Assembly: GCA_963818245.1 (NCBI GenBank)
Contig: CAWFSD010000003.1
Span: forward strand, 99,860 to 163,859
Source of the DNA: an uncultured Planctomycetota bacterium
GTDB taxonomy: Bacteria > Planctomycetota > UBA11346
Direction: 5' to 3'
DNA: 64,000 nucleotides
The translations under genes were made by a program, and so were the position numbers. The notes beneath the pieces are model-generated. The model was not told the origin of the DNA. It saw nothing but the letters and a program-made list of their open reading frames with translations, and ran no database searches. Of this stretch, positions 40,623 to 51,852 are shown piece by piece. Within the stretch, counting starts at the first letter, position 1. Every line of letters begins with the position of its first letter.

Positions 40623-43214
40623 CTACTGCCGCGGTCGCCCCCGCGCCTGCGGCGGCGCCGTCAGCGGATCGTCCGGCCACGAGTGCTTGGGGTAGCGCGC
40701 GCGCAGGTCCTTGCGCACCTGCGGGTAGGTGTTGGCCCAGAACGAGGCCAGATCCTGGGTGATCTGCTCCACGCGGTAGTTCGGGGCGAGCAGGTGGAGG
40801 AGGATCGGGACGCGGCCGCGCGCCAGGCGCGGCGTCGCGGCCAGGCCGAACAGCTCCTGCAGGCGCACCGCCAGGATCGGGGCGCGCTCCTCGCCGTACT
40901 GGAGGCGGATGGCGTTGCCGGTCGGCACGGTGAAGCGCTCCGGAGCGTGCTCGGCCAGGGCCTGCTGCTGGGCGCGGTCGAGGCGCGCGGCGAGCCAGTC
41001 GAGCGCCGGCTTGGCCGCGACCTCGGCGCGCATGGTGCAGCCGGCGCACAGCTCGCGCACCAGCTCGGCGAGGTCGGCGTCGCCGAGTTCCGGCAGGCCC
41101 AGCTCAGGGAGCTCGCGGCGCAGCCAGGCGACGCGCGCCAGCCACGAGCGCAGCGCGAGCTGGGCCTCGTCCGCGCCGTCCTCGGGGCCGAGCAGCAGCG
41201 CGCGCGCCTGCGGGGCGAGCGCGTCGGCGAGCAGCGTCGAGGCGGCGGCGGCGTCACCGGGCTGGCCGGGCGCCTCGCGCACCGCGAGGTCGCGGTACAT
41301 CCAGCGGATGGCGCTGACCACGCGGCCGCGCTCGGGGTCGTAGGCCAGGCGTTCCTCGCGGCGCACGCCGCCGGGCAGGTCGGCCAGCCAGGCCTCCTCG
41401 ATCTCGGCGCCCTGGCGCATCAGCACCACCGGTTTTCCGCCGCGCACCAGCTCCTGCAGCTCGGTGGCGACCAGCAGCGGCGCGCGCTCCTGGCCCTTGG
41501 CGGCGTGCAGCGCCGAGCCACGGTCGATCTCGATCGCCACGCCGCCGGCCAGCGCCGCGCGGTTGGCGTCGCCGCTGGCCCGCCCGTCGCCGCTGCGCTT
41601 GGCGACGCGGTCGGGGTAGGCGGCGAGCAGCAGCCGGCAGATCAGGTCGGGGTCGGCGCTGCGCTCGCGGTCGGCCTGGCGCCAGCCGCCGCCCCACGCC
41701 GCCAGGATCTCATCGCGCGCCTGCACCACCTGCGCGCACGCGCCGGGGTCGATGCCCTGGCTGCGCAGGTGGCCGGCGAAGCGCGCCTTGACGGCGTCGG
41801 CGAGCAGCTCGAGGCGCTCGAGCGCGTCGCACGGCGCGGGGTCGGCCGGTGGCTCGTCGTGGCGCGGCGGCAGGCGCACGTCGCGTTCGCCGGCCAGCGC
41901 GGCGAGGGTGGCGCCGAGCTGCGGGCACTGCGCCTGCGCGGCGGCGTGCAGCAGGCGCCCGAGGCGCGGGTGCAGCGGCAGACCGGCGAGGCGCTCGCCG
42001 AGCTGGGTGAGTCCGGCGTACGGCGCGGTGAGCGCGCCGAGCAGGTGCAGCAGCTCCTCCGCGGCCGCCCCGCGCACCGCCTCGGGCGGGTCGAACCACG
42101 GGAAGGTGCGGGTGTCGGCGTAGCCCAGGCCCTTGAGCGCGAGGGTCACCGGCGCGAGGTCGACGCGGCGGATCTCCGGCGCGGTGGCGGCCTCGAGGCG
42201 GCCGTCGGCGAGCGGCGTCCACAGGCGGATGCAGCGCCCCGGCGCGGTGCGTCCGGCGCGGCCGGCGCGCTGGGCCGCGGACTGGCGGCTGATCATCTGC
42301 AGGCGCAGCTCGTCCAGGCCGGTGCCCGGGTCGTGGCGCAGCACGCGCGCCTGCCCGGAGTCGATCACCGTGCGCACGCCGGGGATGGTCACCGAAGTCT
42401 CGGCGACGTTGGTGGCGAGGACGATGCGCGGCCGCGGACCCGGCGACAGCGCGCGGTCCTGCTCCTCGGGCGGCAGCGCGCCGTGCAGGGGCAGGACGTC
42501 CACCCCCTGGACGGCCTCCAGCGCGCGCTGGCAGGCGCGGATCTCGCCCATGCCGGCGAGGAACACCAGGATGTCGCCGCACTCCGGGTCGAGGCGTGCC
42601 TGCGCCACGCAGCGCGCCACGGTGTCGCCGATGGCGAGGTCCTGCGCGCCCTGCCAATGGCTGGTGACGACCGGGAACGCCCGCCCGGGCGATTCGACCA
42701 CTGCGCACCCGCCGAGGAACTCGGCGACCGGCCGCGCGTCCATGGTCGCCGACATCACCACGATGACCAGGTCCTCGCGCACCGTGCGCTGCAGTTCGCG
42801 CAGGTAGGACAGCGCCAGGTCGGTGTGCAGGCTGCGCTCGTGGAACTCGTCGAGGATCACCACCCCGACGCCGTCCAGGTAGGGGTCGGCCTGGAGCTGG
42901 CGCGTCAGCGAGCCTTCGGTCATCACCCACAGCCGCGTCGCCGGCCCGCCGCTCTTCTCGAAGCGCACGCGGAAGCCGACCTCGCGCCCGAGCTGCCAGC
43001 CCTGCTCGTGCGCGATGCGCCGCGCCAGCGCCTTGGCAGCCAGCCGGCGCGGCTGCAGCAGGTAGACCTGCTTGCTCGACAGCCCGACCAGCAGCGGGGG
43101 CACGCGCGTGCTCTTGCCGGCGCCGGGCGGCGCCGTCAGCACCAGTGCCCGCCCCGCCGCCAGGGTGGCACGCAGCTCCGGCAGGATCTCGTCGATGGGC
43201 AGGGGGTCGGGCAC
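40623..43214 (-). CDS. hrpB: ATP-dependent RNA helicase HrpB
   Basis: DEAH box ILDEFHERS, Walker A PPGAGKST, SATMD, QRAGRAGR. Full-length HrpB C-terminal domain. Confidence 0.9.
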   Translation of the reverse strand: MPDPLPIDEILPELRATLAAGRALVLTAPPGAGKSTRVPPLLVGLSSKQVYLLQPRRLAAKALARRIAHEQGWQLGREVGFRVRFEKSGGPATRLWVMTEGSLTRQLQADPYLDGVGVVILDEFHERSLHTDLALSYLRELQRTVREDLVIVVMSATMDARPVAEFLGGCAVVESPGRAFPVVTSHWQGAQDLAIGDTVARCVAQARLDPECGDILVFLAGMGEIRACQRALEAVQGVDVLPLHGALPPEEQDRALSPGPRPRIVLATNVAETSVTIPGVRTVIDSGQARVLRHDPGTGLDELRLQMISRQSAAQRAGRAGRTAPGRCIRLWTPLADGRLEAATAPEIRRVDLAPVTLALKGLGYADTRTFPWFDPPEAVRGAAAEELLHLLGALTAPYAGLTQLGERLAGLPLHPRLGRLLHAAAQAQCPQLGATLAALAGERDVRLPPRHDEPPADPAPCDALERLELLADAVKARFAGHLRSQGIDPGACAQVVQARDEILAAWGGGWRQADRERSADPDLICRLLLAAYPDRVAKRSGDGRASGDANRAALAGGVAIEIDRGSALHAAKGQERAPLLVATELQELVRGGKPVVLMRQGAEIEEAWLADLPGGVRREERLAYDPERGRVVSAIRWMYRDLAVREAPGQPGDAAAASTLLADALAPQARALLLGPEDGADEAQLALRSWLARVAWLRRELPELGLPELGDADLAELVRELCAGCTMRAEVAAKPALDWLAARLDRAQQQALAEHAPERFTVPTGNAIRLQYGEERAPILAVRLQELFGLAATPRLARGRVPILLHLLAPNYRVEQITQDLASFWANTYPQVRKDLRARYPKHSWPDDPLTAPPQARGRPRQ

Positions 43215-43249
43215 GGGGGCGGGATGTTCGGGGTGCGCCGGCGCTGTGC

Positions 43250-43400
43250 TAGACCTTAGATTTGAGACCCTAGACCCTAGACCCTAGACCCTAGACCCTA
43301 GACCCTAGACCCTAGGAAACCGGCTGCGCCTCAGGAGTCGTGCAGCGTCGCGTGCGTTGGCCGCGAGGAGCCGGGCGGAGGGCTGTCGCCAGGGTCCAGG
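43250..43400. repeat. composite element: (GACCCTA)9, about 65-bp core, degenerate inverted (CAGGGTC)2
   Basis: gagaccctagaccctagaccctagaccctagaccctagaccctagaccctagg ... ccagggtccagggtctg. Lies between hrpB and aroG. Confidence 0.85.
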
Positions 43401-43472
43401 GTCTGCCCCGCAGGGCGCGCGGAACTCGCGCTTGGCACCCGCGAAATCCCCCGGATCGTCCCACCCACCCCC

Positions 43473-44508
<1,036 letters not shown>

Positions 44509-44537
<29 letters not shown>

Positions 44538-45390
44538 CGGCCTCGTCCCCCGGCTCCTCCGCGGCCATCACCTCCACGCCGTCCTCGAGGCGCAGGAACC
44601 ACGGCGTCATCAGCCGGTTCCGGGGCTGACGCAGGTGGGGATGCGGCGACGTGGGGGGAATGAGGTCGTCGACGTCCTTCGCATCGACGCGCAGGAAGGC
44701 CCAGCGCAGGGGTGGTACCCGCGTTCCGTCGCGGCGCGCGGTCTCCAGCCAGTGGGGCATGCCTCCACGGCAATGCGCGCACGTGCTCCGGTAGCAGCAG
44801 ATCACCCAGCGTCCGTGGTGCCAGGCCTCCGGCAGGGCGGCGATGAGGTCCAGGTCGGCGCTGGTCGTTGGGGCGCGGGCTCCGGTCGTGGGCCTGCTGG
44901 CGGTCGCTACCGCCAGCCAGCCCACCAGCATGGCCGACACCAGGGCCGCCAGCAGCGCGCCGTGACGGGGATGAGAACGATGGGCCGGCCGGGGCGGCGG
45001 CCGCAGCACCCAGAAGGCGGCCGCGTAGAGCACGTCGGCCGCTGCGGCGGCCCAGGGTGGCACCGTCAGCTCACCGAAGCACCCGCAACTCGTAGCGCCG
45101 CTGATGGCCGCTGCCGTGGCGAGCAGGGCGAAGGCGCAGAAGGTGGCCCTGGCCGCCACCCACACGTGAACCGACCAGGAGGCCAGCAGCAACCCGACAG
45201 CCAGCGTGGTCTCCCACGTCAGGGCAGCGACGCCCACACTGGTCGGCAGGGCCCATCCCGCGAAGACCGGCTGCCCGGTGTGCAGCCAGACGCCGGTTTT
45301 GGCCACTGCGGCCGCGAGCAGCATGCCAGCCGCGGTGATTGCGAGGAGCGCCGGCAGGAGGTGGGAGATGGGAGGGTAGAGGGTGCGCAT
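44509..45390 (-). CDS. MauE/DoxX-like membrane domain fused to a thioredoxin-like CxxC domain
   Basis: TM helices with the SCGCFG motif (MauE-like). C-terminus has CCYRSTCAHCRGGMPHW, a redoxin CxxC. Convergent 29-bp overlap with aroG. Confidence 0.6.
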
Positions 45391-45493
45391 CGCCTCGAAT
45401 CCTGCACCAGGGATGAGCGGTGCCGATCCGGACCCGGCCGCGGCTGGTGGGTTTGATCGACATCCAGAAGACGGGAGCGCAGAGGCGAGGGCT

Positions 45494-46560
45494 TCAGAAG
45501 CCCGATGGTGCGGCCACCGCGGGCGCCGCTTCCGAGGCGCGCCCGGAGGCGGGTCCGACCGTAGCGTAGAAGGGAATGCGCAGGATGCCGCCATCCGTGA
45601 AGGTGACATCGAAGTGCCCCGGAGCGGGGGCGATGGGGCTGGCGCCGGTGAAGCGGGTCTCGAGGTGCTGCGTCCCATCCTCCTCGAGCAGCTGGCACGT
45701 CGCCCGTTCGGGATCGCTGGAGACGATCCGCACCACCTGGGCTCGCGCCGTACCGGAACGGGCCCGCAATTGCAGGGTCTTGTGCGCTTCGCCATCCACC
45801 GGCACGACCCCGAAGAGCGCTCCAGCCGGTTTCGCCTCCCATGGTCCTGGCACGGTCCAGCGGACCGGGGCACTCGGCTGGTGTGGTCCCAGGTGCGCCC
45901 CGCCTCGCTGAAGGAGACAACCAGGCGCGCGGTCATGACTCCGCTGACGCGGGTCGGCTTCGCGGTGAACGCGATGTCCAGGAATCCGCGTCACGGCTGC
46001 CACCGCGGCGACCAGCAGAATCCTCGCCGCCGACCAGCGCGGCAGTGATCGCATCGAAGTGGCCGGGGTGGGACCCCGTCGCAGGATGACCGGACGCGGC
46101 CTCGCCGGATGCCGAGCCGGTCGATCACCCAGGTCGATGAGCCTGCCACGTGGCCACAGCAGGTGCTCGCTGACGTGGGCCTCCAACTCGCAGTGGACGT
46201 GCGCCTCGTGGCCGTCCTCGTCGCCGATGATGGTGAATTCGCTGCCGATCTCGCCCGCCAACTCACCGGCATAGAAGGTGACTTGAGCACGCGCTCCTGG
46301 CCCGCGCCGATGACCTCGTCCGGCAAAGGGTCGACGCGCACGCAACTGCAGGTGCGGCGGACCCGATGGGTCGGAAGCTGTGTCCGGAGGGGATGGTGAA
46401 CGGAACGTCGAGTGCCCGGTACTCCCCCGGGTAGAGCGCCATGACGGGCGGGTGGATGTCGACCAGGGCGCCGATTCCGCCGCGGCGGTGAGGTGGCCGG
46501 CGCACATGACCAGCAGAACGATGGTGCGCAGACGGCAGTGCTCGCGGCGAGGGCGATCGC
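45494..46560 (-). pseudogene. secreted-protein gene disrupted by multiple frame changes
   Basis: The signal peptide (MTPSREPGRDRPRREHCRLRTIVLLVMCAGHLTAAA) is in one frame. Plausible segments (GIGALVDIHPPVMALYPGEYRALDVPFTIPSG; VTFYAGELAGEIGSEFTIIGDEDGHEAHVHCELEAH; ...ATCQLLEEDGTQHLETRFTGA...HFDVTFTDGGILRIPFYATVGP) are scattered over all three minus-strand frames. Confidence 0.35.
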
Positions 46561-46581
46561 GGCCGGGTTCACGGGATGGTG

Positions 46582-47565
46582 TCATTTGCCGCCCTCCCCG
46601 TTGGCGTCCTTCTGCAGGGGCACCAACCCGCCATTCACGGCGAAATCGTTGATGGTGCGCACGTGGGTGGGATCGATCTCGAATTCGCTGTCGTCGATCG
46701 GGATGCCGAGGTGCACAGCGGTCACCGTCTGCGTGCTTACGGCGACCTCCTTGCCCCATTCCGTGGTCACCGCCTGGGACGGCAGGGGATAGGGTCCGCT
46801 GCCATCGGCCGCCGTCACCAGGCGGTACGTGATGCGCTCCCGCAGCATCGGCGCCTGGTCCACCCAGCCCCAGTGGATCTCAGCGATGAGCCGGACCCCG
46901 CCGAACTCCGGAAATGGGCGGATCAGGTAGCGCGCCTCGGCGTTCTGCAGCGCCTCGACGAACTCGTTCTCACCGACCTTCTTGGCGCTGGTCTGGGGAA
47001 CGTGCAGGATGGTGGTGCCGTCGGCACCGTGTTCGACGGTGGCGAGCGAGGTGGTGAGGTGCGCCTTCACCCAGTCGGGGTCCAGCAGCTGGTCCCATCC
47101 CAGGGTCAGCGAGTTCGTCGCGTGGTGGTCGTGGTAGGCGAGGAACGAGAAGAGTTGGAGCGACAGCGGGCACGGCATGAAGCCAGAGTAGGGGATTTCC
47201 GAGTAGACGGGGTATCCCGGACCCTTGTGCATGAGGAAGAGGTCGGTCTTGCCCTCGAGGTATTGCCAGCCGTCGTTGTTGGCGACGTAGACCAGGGAAT
47301 CGACCTTATGGCCGGGATTCGTGCCCTCCCAGCGGATCACCCGGAATTTCGCGCCCTTCATGTGGTAGCTGATGCCATAGCGCGTCCCCGCTGCGACATC
47401 CTCCGCCATGTCCTCCTCGAAACTCGCGCTGGAGATGTGGGCATAGATCCTGAGCTGATCGGCGAAGATGGCCGGGTCGGCGGGCTCCTGGGCGCCCGGC
47501 AGTTCCAGGCGGGCGGTGGTGCTCAGCAGCACCAGCAGGATCACCGTCGAGGCGCGTCGTATCAT
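46582..47565 (-). CDS. secreted hypothetical protein (lower-GC gene)
   Basis: Signal peptide MIRRASTVILLVLLSTTARLELPGA. 327 aa with coding-like composition. Confidence 0.6.
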   Translation of the reverse strand: MIRRASTVILLVLLSTTARLELPGAQEPADPAIFADQLRIYAHISSASFEEDMAEDVAAGTRYGISYHMKGAKFRVIRWEGTNPGHKVDSLVYVANNDGWQYLEGKTDLFLMHKGPGYPVYSEIPYSGFMPCPLSLQLFSFLAYHDHHATNSLTLGWDQLLDPDWVKAHLTTSLATVEHGADGTTILHVPQTSAKKVGENEFVEALQNAEARYLIRPFPEFGGVRLIAEIHWGWVDQAPMLRERITYRLVTAADGSGPYPLPSQAVTTEWGKEVAVSTQTVTAVHLGIPIDDSEFEIDPTHVRTINDFAVNGGLVPLQKDANGEGGK

Positions 47566-47682
47566 GGCCGTGGTCCTGGTCGGTTAGGGAATCATGGTGA
47601 TGGGCTGTCGGGGTTCAGGCGGTCCGTGGTGCGCACGCACCACGGACACGCGAACTCACCGGTTATGCGTGGTTTCCATCCT

Positions 47683-48189
47683 TCAGCCCTTGGGCAGGAT
47701 GGGCGGAGGCGTCGGAACCCCGTAGACCGGGGCGCAGTCATTGTCCATGAAGTGGTAGCCGCACGGCTGCGGGATCATGGGCTTCTCGTAGGGATCGGGC
47801 TGGCCGGTCGTCGGATCGATGTAGTAGGGGTTGGGGATCATGGGCACGACCCATGGGGCGGTGGCATTCAGGCGCTTTTTGATGCCGCCGCACTTGCGCG
47901 GGTTGGCGGTGTACTTGCCGGCTGTGCCCGGGGGGTAGGACGGCCGGATCTGCGGGCTTTCATTGGCGTCGACCGCGTTGACGAACATGACCGCCGGCGG
48001 CTGCATGCCGCGGACCGGCTGCACGTACTGGGCTGCGCAGATGTAGTTGCCATCGTAGAGCCCGTTGTCCGGGTTCTTCATGGTGAAGTTCATGCAGTAG
48101 GACTTGTCCCAGCAGACGTTGGCCGCTGAAAGGGAGATGGAGAACAGCGTGAGCAGTGCTCCGGCGCTGGCGATCCTGGTGATGGGCAT
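47683..48189 (-). CDS. small secreted Cys/Pro-rich hypothetical protein
   Basis: Start MPITRIASAGALLTLFSISLSAANVCW is a signal peptide. GGAAGG 9 nt upstream. 8 Cys. Confidence 0.5.
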   Translation of the reverse strand: MPITRIASAGALLTLFSISLSAANVCWDKSYCMNFTMKNPDNGLYDGNYICAAQYVQPVRGMQPPAVMFVNAVDANESPQIRPSYPPGTAGKYTANPRKCGGIKKRLNATAPWVVPMIPNPYYIDPTTGQPDPYEKPMIPQPCGYHFMDNDCAPVYGVPTPPPILPKG

Positions 48190-48306
48190 GGGAAACCTTC
48201 CGTGGTGATGGCCGGAGGCCGATGAGCGCTCGCGTGAGCGCACGGGATGCCGCATCCGCCGCCGGTGGTCACCGGCTATGGGAACGGATGGGCAAGGAGG
48301 ACAATC

Positions 48307-48329
48307 AGTATTCGCATTCTGCGAATACT
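48307..48329. promoter_or_regulatory. palindromic operator-like site AGTATTCGCA-ttc-TGCGAATACT, about 120 bp upstream of the secreted small-protein gene
   Basis: 10-bp perfect arms. AT-rich in a GC-rich genome. Confidence 0.45.
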
Positions 48330-48540
48330 CCGATGGTGGAGTATGGCGATGCGATGTCAACCTGGCAGGGCGAAGATGGTCCGATCAGGCGCGCAGAGGA
48401 TCGTGGCCGGGTGCGCGGAAGCGGCGCCATGGGGACACGCGACGTCCAGCACAGGCTGCGCATCCAGCGAACCGGCGGCAGCGACGCAGCGCGACCCGTG
48501 ACGAGACGCGTGGTTACGAGAGCCATAGTGAAAACGTCCA

Positions 48541-48561
48541 GTATTCGCCTGGTGCGAATAC
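48541..48561. promoter_or_regulatory. second copy of the GTATTCGC-N5-GCGAATAC dyad
   Basis: Same half-site as 48307-48329, 210 bp away. Confidence 0.45.
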
Positions 48562-48681
48562 GTGAATGTCGCCTCCAGCCGGCTGCTGTCAATGTGGCGG
48601 CAAAACCTCCAGGCGCGGACCTGGTTTCCGCACCGGTCGCGCCGGGGAAGGGTCAGCTCCGGAGCGGGTCCCCAGCCACGC

Positions 48682-50814
48682 TCACGCCAAGCCGGTCTGC
48701 CTGAGCAGCGCGCGCGTGCTCGGCGCGCGCCCGCGGAACGCCGTGAAGACCTCCAGCGGGTGCCGGCTGCCGCCCAGCGCCAGCACGGTGTCGCGGAAGC
48801 GCGCGCCGGTCGCGGCGACCGCGGCGGGATCGTCGAGCCCGGCCTCCTCGAAGGCGCCGAAGGCGTCGGCGGAGAGCACCTCGGCCCACTTGTAACTGTA
48901 ATAGCCCGCCGCGTAGCCGCCGGCGAAGATGTGCGAGAAACCGCACAGGAAGCGGTCCTCGGGCAGCGGCGGCAGCACGACGTTGGCGCGCGCGATGCGC
49001 TCCTGCACCGCCAGCACGCCGCCCTGCGCCGGGTCGTAGCGGTGGTGCAGCTCGAGGTCGAGCAGCGAGAGGTAGCCCTGGCGCGCGGTCGCCGAGCCGG
49101 CGCGGAAGGTGCGCGCCGCGCGCACCTTGGCGAACAGCTCGCGCGGCAGCGGCGCGCCGGTCTGGAAGTGGCGCGCCAGCCCGGGCTGGCCGTTCGCGCC
49201 GTAGACGGTCGGTTCGTGGTAGCACCAGTTCTCCATGAACTGGCTGGGCAGCTCGACCGCGTCCCATTCGACGTTGTTGATGCCAGCGGCCTCGACGTAC
49301 GGCACGCGCGTCAGCATGTGCTGCAGGCCATGGCCGAACTCGTGGAACAGCGTCTCGACCTCGCGGAAGGTCATCAGCGACGGCGCGTCGCCGACCGGCG
49401 GGGTCTGGTTGCAGACCAGGTAGGCGACCGGCAGGCGCCAGGCGCCGCCCGCGAGCCGCTTGCGGTCGAGCGCGTTGTCCATCCACGCGCCGCCGCGCTT
49501 GTTCGCGGGGCGGCTGTAGGGGTCGAGGTAGAACGCGGCGATGTCGCGGCCCGTCTCGTCGGCGATGCGGAAGAAGCGCACCGCGGGGTCCCACACCGGC
49601 ACCTCGCCGTCGGCGGCGCGCACGCGCACGCCGAACAGGCGCTGCGCCGTGGCGAACAGGCCGTCGAGCACGTTGGGCAGCGCGAAGTAGGGGCGCAGCT
49701 CCTCGTCGGTGTAGGCGTAGCGCTGCTCGCGCAGGCGCTCGGCCCAGTAGGCGATGTCCCAGTGGCGCAGCTCCAGCGCGGGATCGCCGCTCTGCGCGCG
49801 CGCCAGCGCGGTCAGCTCGGCGAGTTCGGCGCGGGCCTTGGGCAGGGCCGCGTCGCGCAGGTCGGCGAACAGGCGCTCGACCTCCGCCACGCCGGGCGCC
49901 ATCTTCGCGGCCAGCGACAGCTCGGCGAAGGAGGCGAAGCCGAGCAGCGCCGCCTTCTCCTTGCGCAGCGCCAGGATGCGGGTGATGAGCGGCTGGTTGT
50001 CGGTCGCGCCGGACGAGGCGCGCGTCACGAAGGCGCGGTAGAGCGCCTCGCGCAGGTCGGCGCGGCGGCTGTGCTCCATGAACGGGATGTAGGCGGGCGC
50101 GTCGAGGGTGATGCGCCACGGCCCGCGCTCGGGGTCGACCGGGCGGCTGGCGTCGCCGGCGTGCGCGCCAGACGCTGCGGCCGCGTGCGCGGCCTGGGCC
50201 GCGGCGGCGCGCAGGCTGGCGGGCAGGCCCTCGACCTCGGCCGGGCTGGTGAGGTCCAGCGCGAACGCCTTGTTGGCGTCGAGCAGGTGGTTGCTGAACT
50301 CCGTGGCGAGCTTCGCCAGCTCCATCTCGATGGCCTGGAAGCGCGCGCGCGCGGCGCCGGTCAAGCCGACGCCGGCGTGCTCGGCGCTGCGGATGGCGAG
50401 GCCCAGGATGCGCTGCTGCGCGGGGTCGAGCGCGGCCGCGCCCGCGCCACCACGGAGCGCGACCAGGCCCTGGTAGAGGGGCACGCTCTGCCCGACGCGC
50501 ATGAAGGCGGCGACCACCTCGCTCTGCACGGCCTCCTGGGCCGCGCGCAGCGCCGGGCTGTTCTGCACGCCGAGCAGGTGCTGGGTGACGCCCCAGGCGT
50601 AGCCGAGCGGCTCGGTCAGCGCGGTGATGCGCGCGACCAGGCCGTCCCAGCTCGGCACCAGGCTCTTCTCGAGTTCGGCGAGGCCGGCCTCCAGGCGCGG
50701 CAGCAGGGCGCGCACCGCGGGCACCACGTGCTCGGCCCGGATCAGGTCGAAGCGCGCCGGCGCGTCGTGGGCGAACAGCGGATTGGTCGCGGGGTCGAGG
50801 CTGGGCGTGGGCAT
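48682..50814 (-). CDS. prlC: oligopeptidase A (M3 family zinc metallopeptidase)
   Basis: HEFGHGLQHML zinc motif. Full-length M3 architecture. Start MPTPSLDPATNPLFAHD. Confidence 0.9.
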   Translation of the reverse strand: MPTPSLDPATNPLFAHDAPARFDLIRAEHVVPAVRALLPRLEAGLAELEKSLVPSWDGLVARITALTEPLGYAWGVTQHLLGVQNSPALRAAQEAVQSEVVAAFMRVGQSVPLYQGLVALRGGAGAAALDPAQQRILGLAIRSAEHAGVGLTGAARARFQAIEMELAKLATEFSNHLLDANKAFALDLTSPAEVEGLPASLRAAAAQAAHAAAASGAHAGDASRPVDPERGPWRITLDAPAYIPFMEHSRRADLREALYRAFVTRASSGATDNQPLITRILALRKEKAALLGFASFAELSLAAKMAPGVAEVERLFADLRDAALPKARAELAELTALARAQSGDPALELRHWDIAYWAERLREQRYAYTDEELRPYFALPNVLDGLFATAQRLFGVRVRAADGEVPVWDPAVRFFRIADETGRDIAAFYLDPYSRPANKRGGAWMDNALDRKRLAGGAWRLPVAYLVCNQTPPVGDAPSLMTFREVETLFHEFGHGLQHMLTRVPYVEAAGINNVEWDAVELPSQFMENWCYHEPTVYGANGQPGLARHFQTGAPLPRELFAKVRAARTFRAGSATARQGYLSLLDLELHHRYDPAQGGVLAVQERIARANVVLPPLPEDRFLCGFSHIFAGGYAAGYYSYKWAEVLSADAFGAFEEAGLDDPAAVAATGARFRDTVLALGGSRHPLEVFTAFRGRAPSTRALLRQTGLA

Positions 50815-50915
50815 GGGGTCCTCGCAGGGGCGCGCAGCCGCGCACGCCGCTCGCACGGGTGCCGGCACGCAGGGGGGATCGGGGGCGATGCCTCCGGCCG
50901 CGGCCGGGCCGCGCT

Positions 50916-51158
50916 TCAGGCCCCGGCCGGCACGCCGCCCGTGGTCTGCAGCATGGCGAGCACGGTGCGCCGCGCGGTGACGCGGTCGACCCAGTGGCGG
51001 TTCTGGATCTTGGCGATGAGCAGGTCGATGCGCTGCTGGGTCTCGCTGAGATCGAGGACGGTCAGGCGCGGGCACTGCTTGCGCAGTTTCGGCAGGAGCT
51101 GCTGCCACTGGTCATCGGGGATGGTGAGCATGGGCTTCCAGGGTTCGCGGAAGCGCAT
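50916..51158 (-). CDS. small hypothetical protein
   Basis: 80 aa ORF with a plausible composition (MLTIPDDQWQQLLPKLRKQ...). Family unclear. Confidence 0.4.
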   Translation of the reverse strand: MRFREPWKPMLTIPDDQWQQLLPKLRKQCPRLTVLDLSETQQRIDLLIAKIQNRHWVDRVTARRTVLAMLQTTGGVPAGA

Positions 51159-51200
51159 CCTAAAGGCCGTGGGCGCGGGTCCAGCGGCGCCTCCGTTGCA

Positions 51201-51400
51201 GACCCTGGATCCTAGACCCTAGACCCTAGACCCTAGACCCTAGACCCTAGATCGATGCCCAGGGTCTCGGGTCATTGAAAAGGAACAAACTGCGCCTTGG
51301 TCCGGTATCTAGGGTCTCGGGTCTAGGGTCTAGGGTCTACCGTCGATCTAGGGTCTCGGGTCTCGGGTCTCGCGGTCTGCTCCCAGGGTCCCCATTGCCC
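51201..51400. repeat. composite element: (CCTAGAC)7, about 58-bp core, inverted (TAGGGTC/TCGGGTC)n
   Basis: Direct reading. Lies between the small gene 50916..51158 and the HIT gene. Confidence 0.9.
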
Positions 51401-51419
51401 ATACGGCCTTCCCCCGACG

Positions 51420-51851
51420 ATGCCCCCCATGCCCAGCCTCTTCACCCGCATCATCGCCGGCGCCATCCCGGCGCAGTTCGTCTTCCAGGAGGCGCAGTGG
51501 GTCGCCTTCCTCGACATCAACCCGACCGCGCCGGGGCACGCCCTGCTGGTGCCGCGCCTCGAGGTGCAGCACCTCGGCGAGCTGCCGCCGGACCTGCAGG
51601 CGGGGTTCGGTGTCCACCTGGTCCGCCTGATCGCGGCCGTCAAGCGCGCCAGCGGCGCGCCGGCGGCCAACGTCCTGATCAATGACGGGCCGGCTGCCAA
51701 CCAGGCCATCCCCCACGTCCACGCCCACGTCGTCCCGCGCTTCCCTGGCGATGGGAAGGTGGTGCACCCCCACGGCGCGCCCTACGCCGACGCGGCCGAG
51801 GCGCAGGCCTGGGGCGACAAGCTGCGCGCGGCGTGGGCGGCTGGCGGCTGA
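51420..51851 (+). CDS. HIT-family (histidine triad) nucleotide hydrolase
   Basis: HVHAHVVPR histidine triad. NPTAPGHALLVPR. Confidence 0.8.
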   Translation: MPPMPSLFTRIIAGAIPAQFVFQEAQWVAFLDINPTAPGHALLVPRLEVQHLGELPPDLQAGFGVHLVRLIAAVKRASGAPAANVLINDGPAANQAIPHVHAHVVPRFPGDGKVVHPHGAPYADAAEAQAWGDKLRAAWAAGG

Positions 51852-51852
51852 C

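Noticed and set aside
48343-48516. 57-codon ORF (MVEYGDAMSTWQGEDGPIRR...) between the two palindromic dyads
   Set aside because: It has no SD and no recognisable family, and the composition is ambiguous. I mention it only as context for the operator pair.
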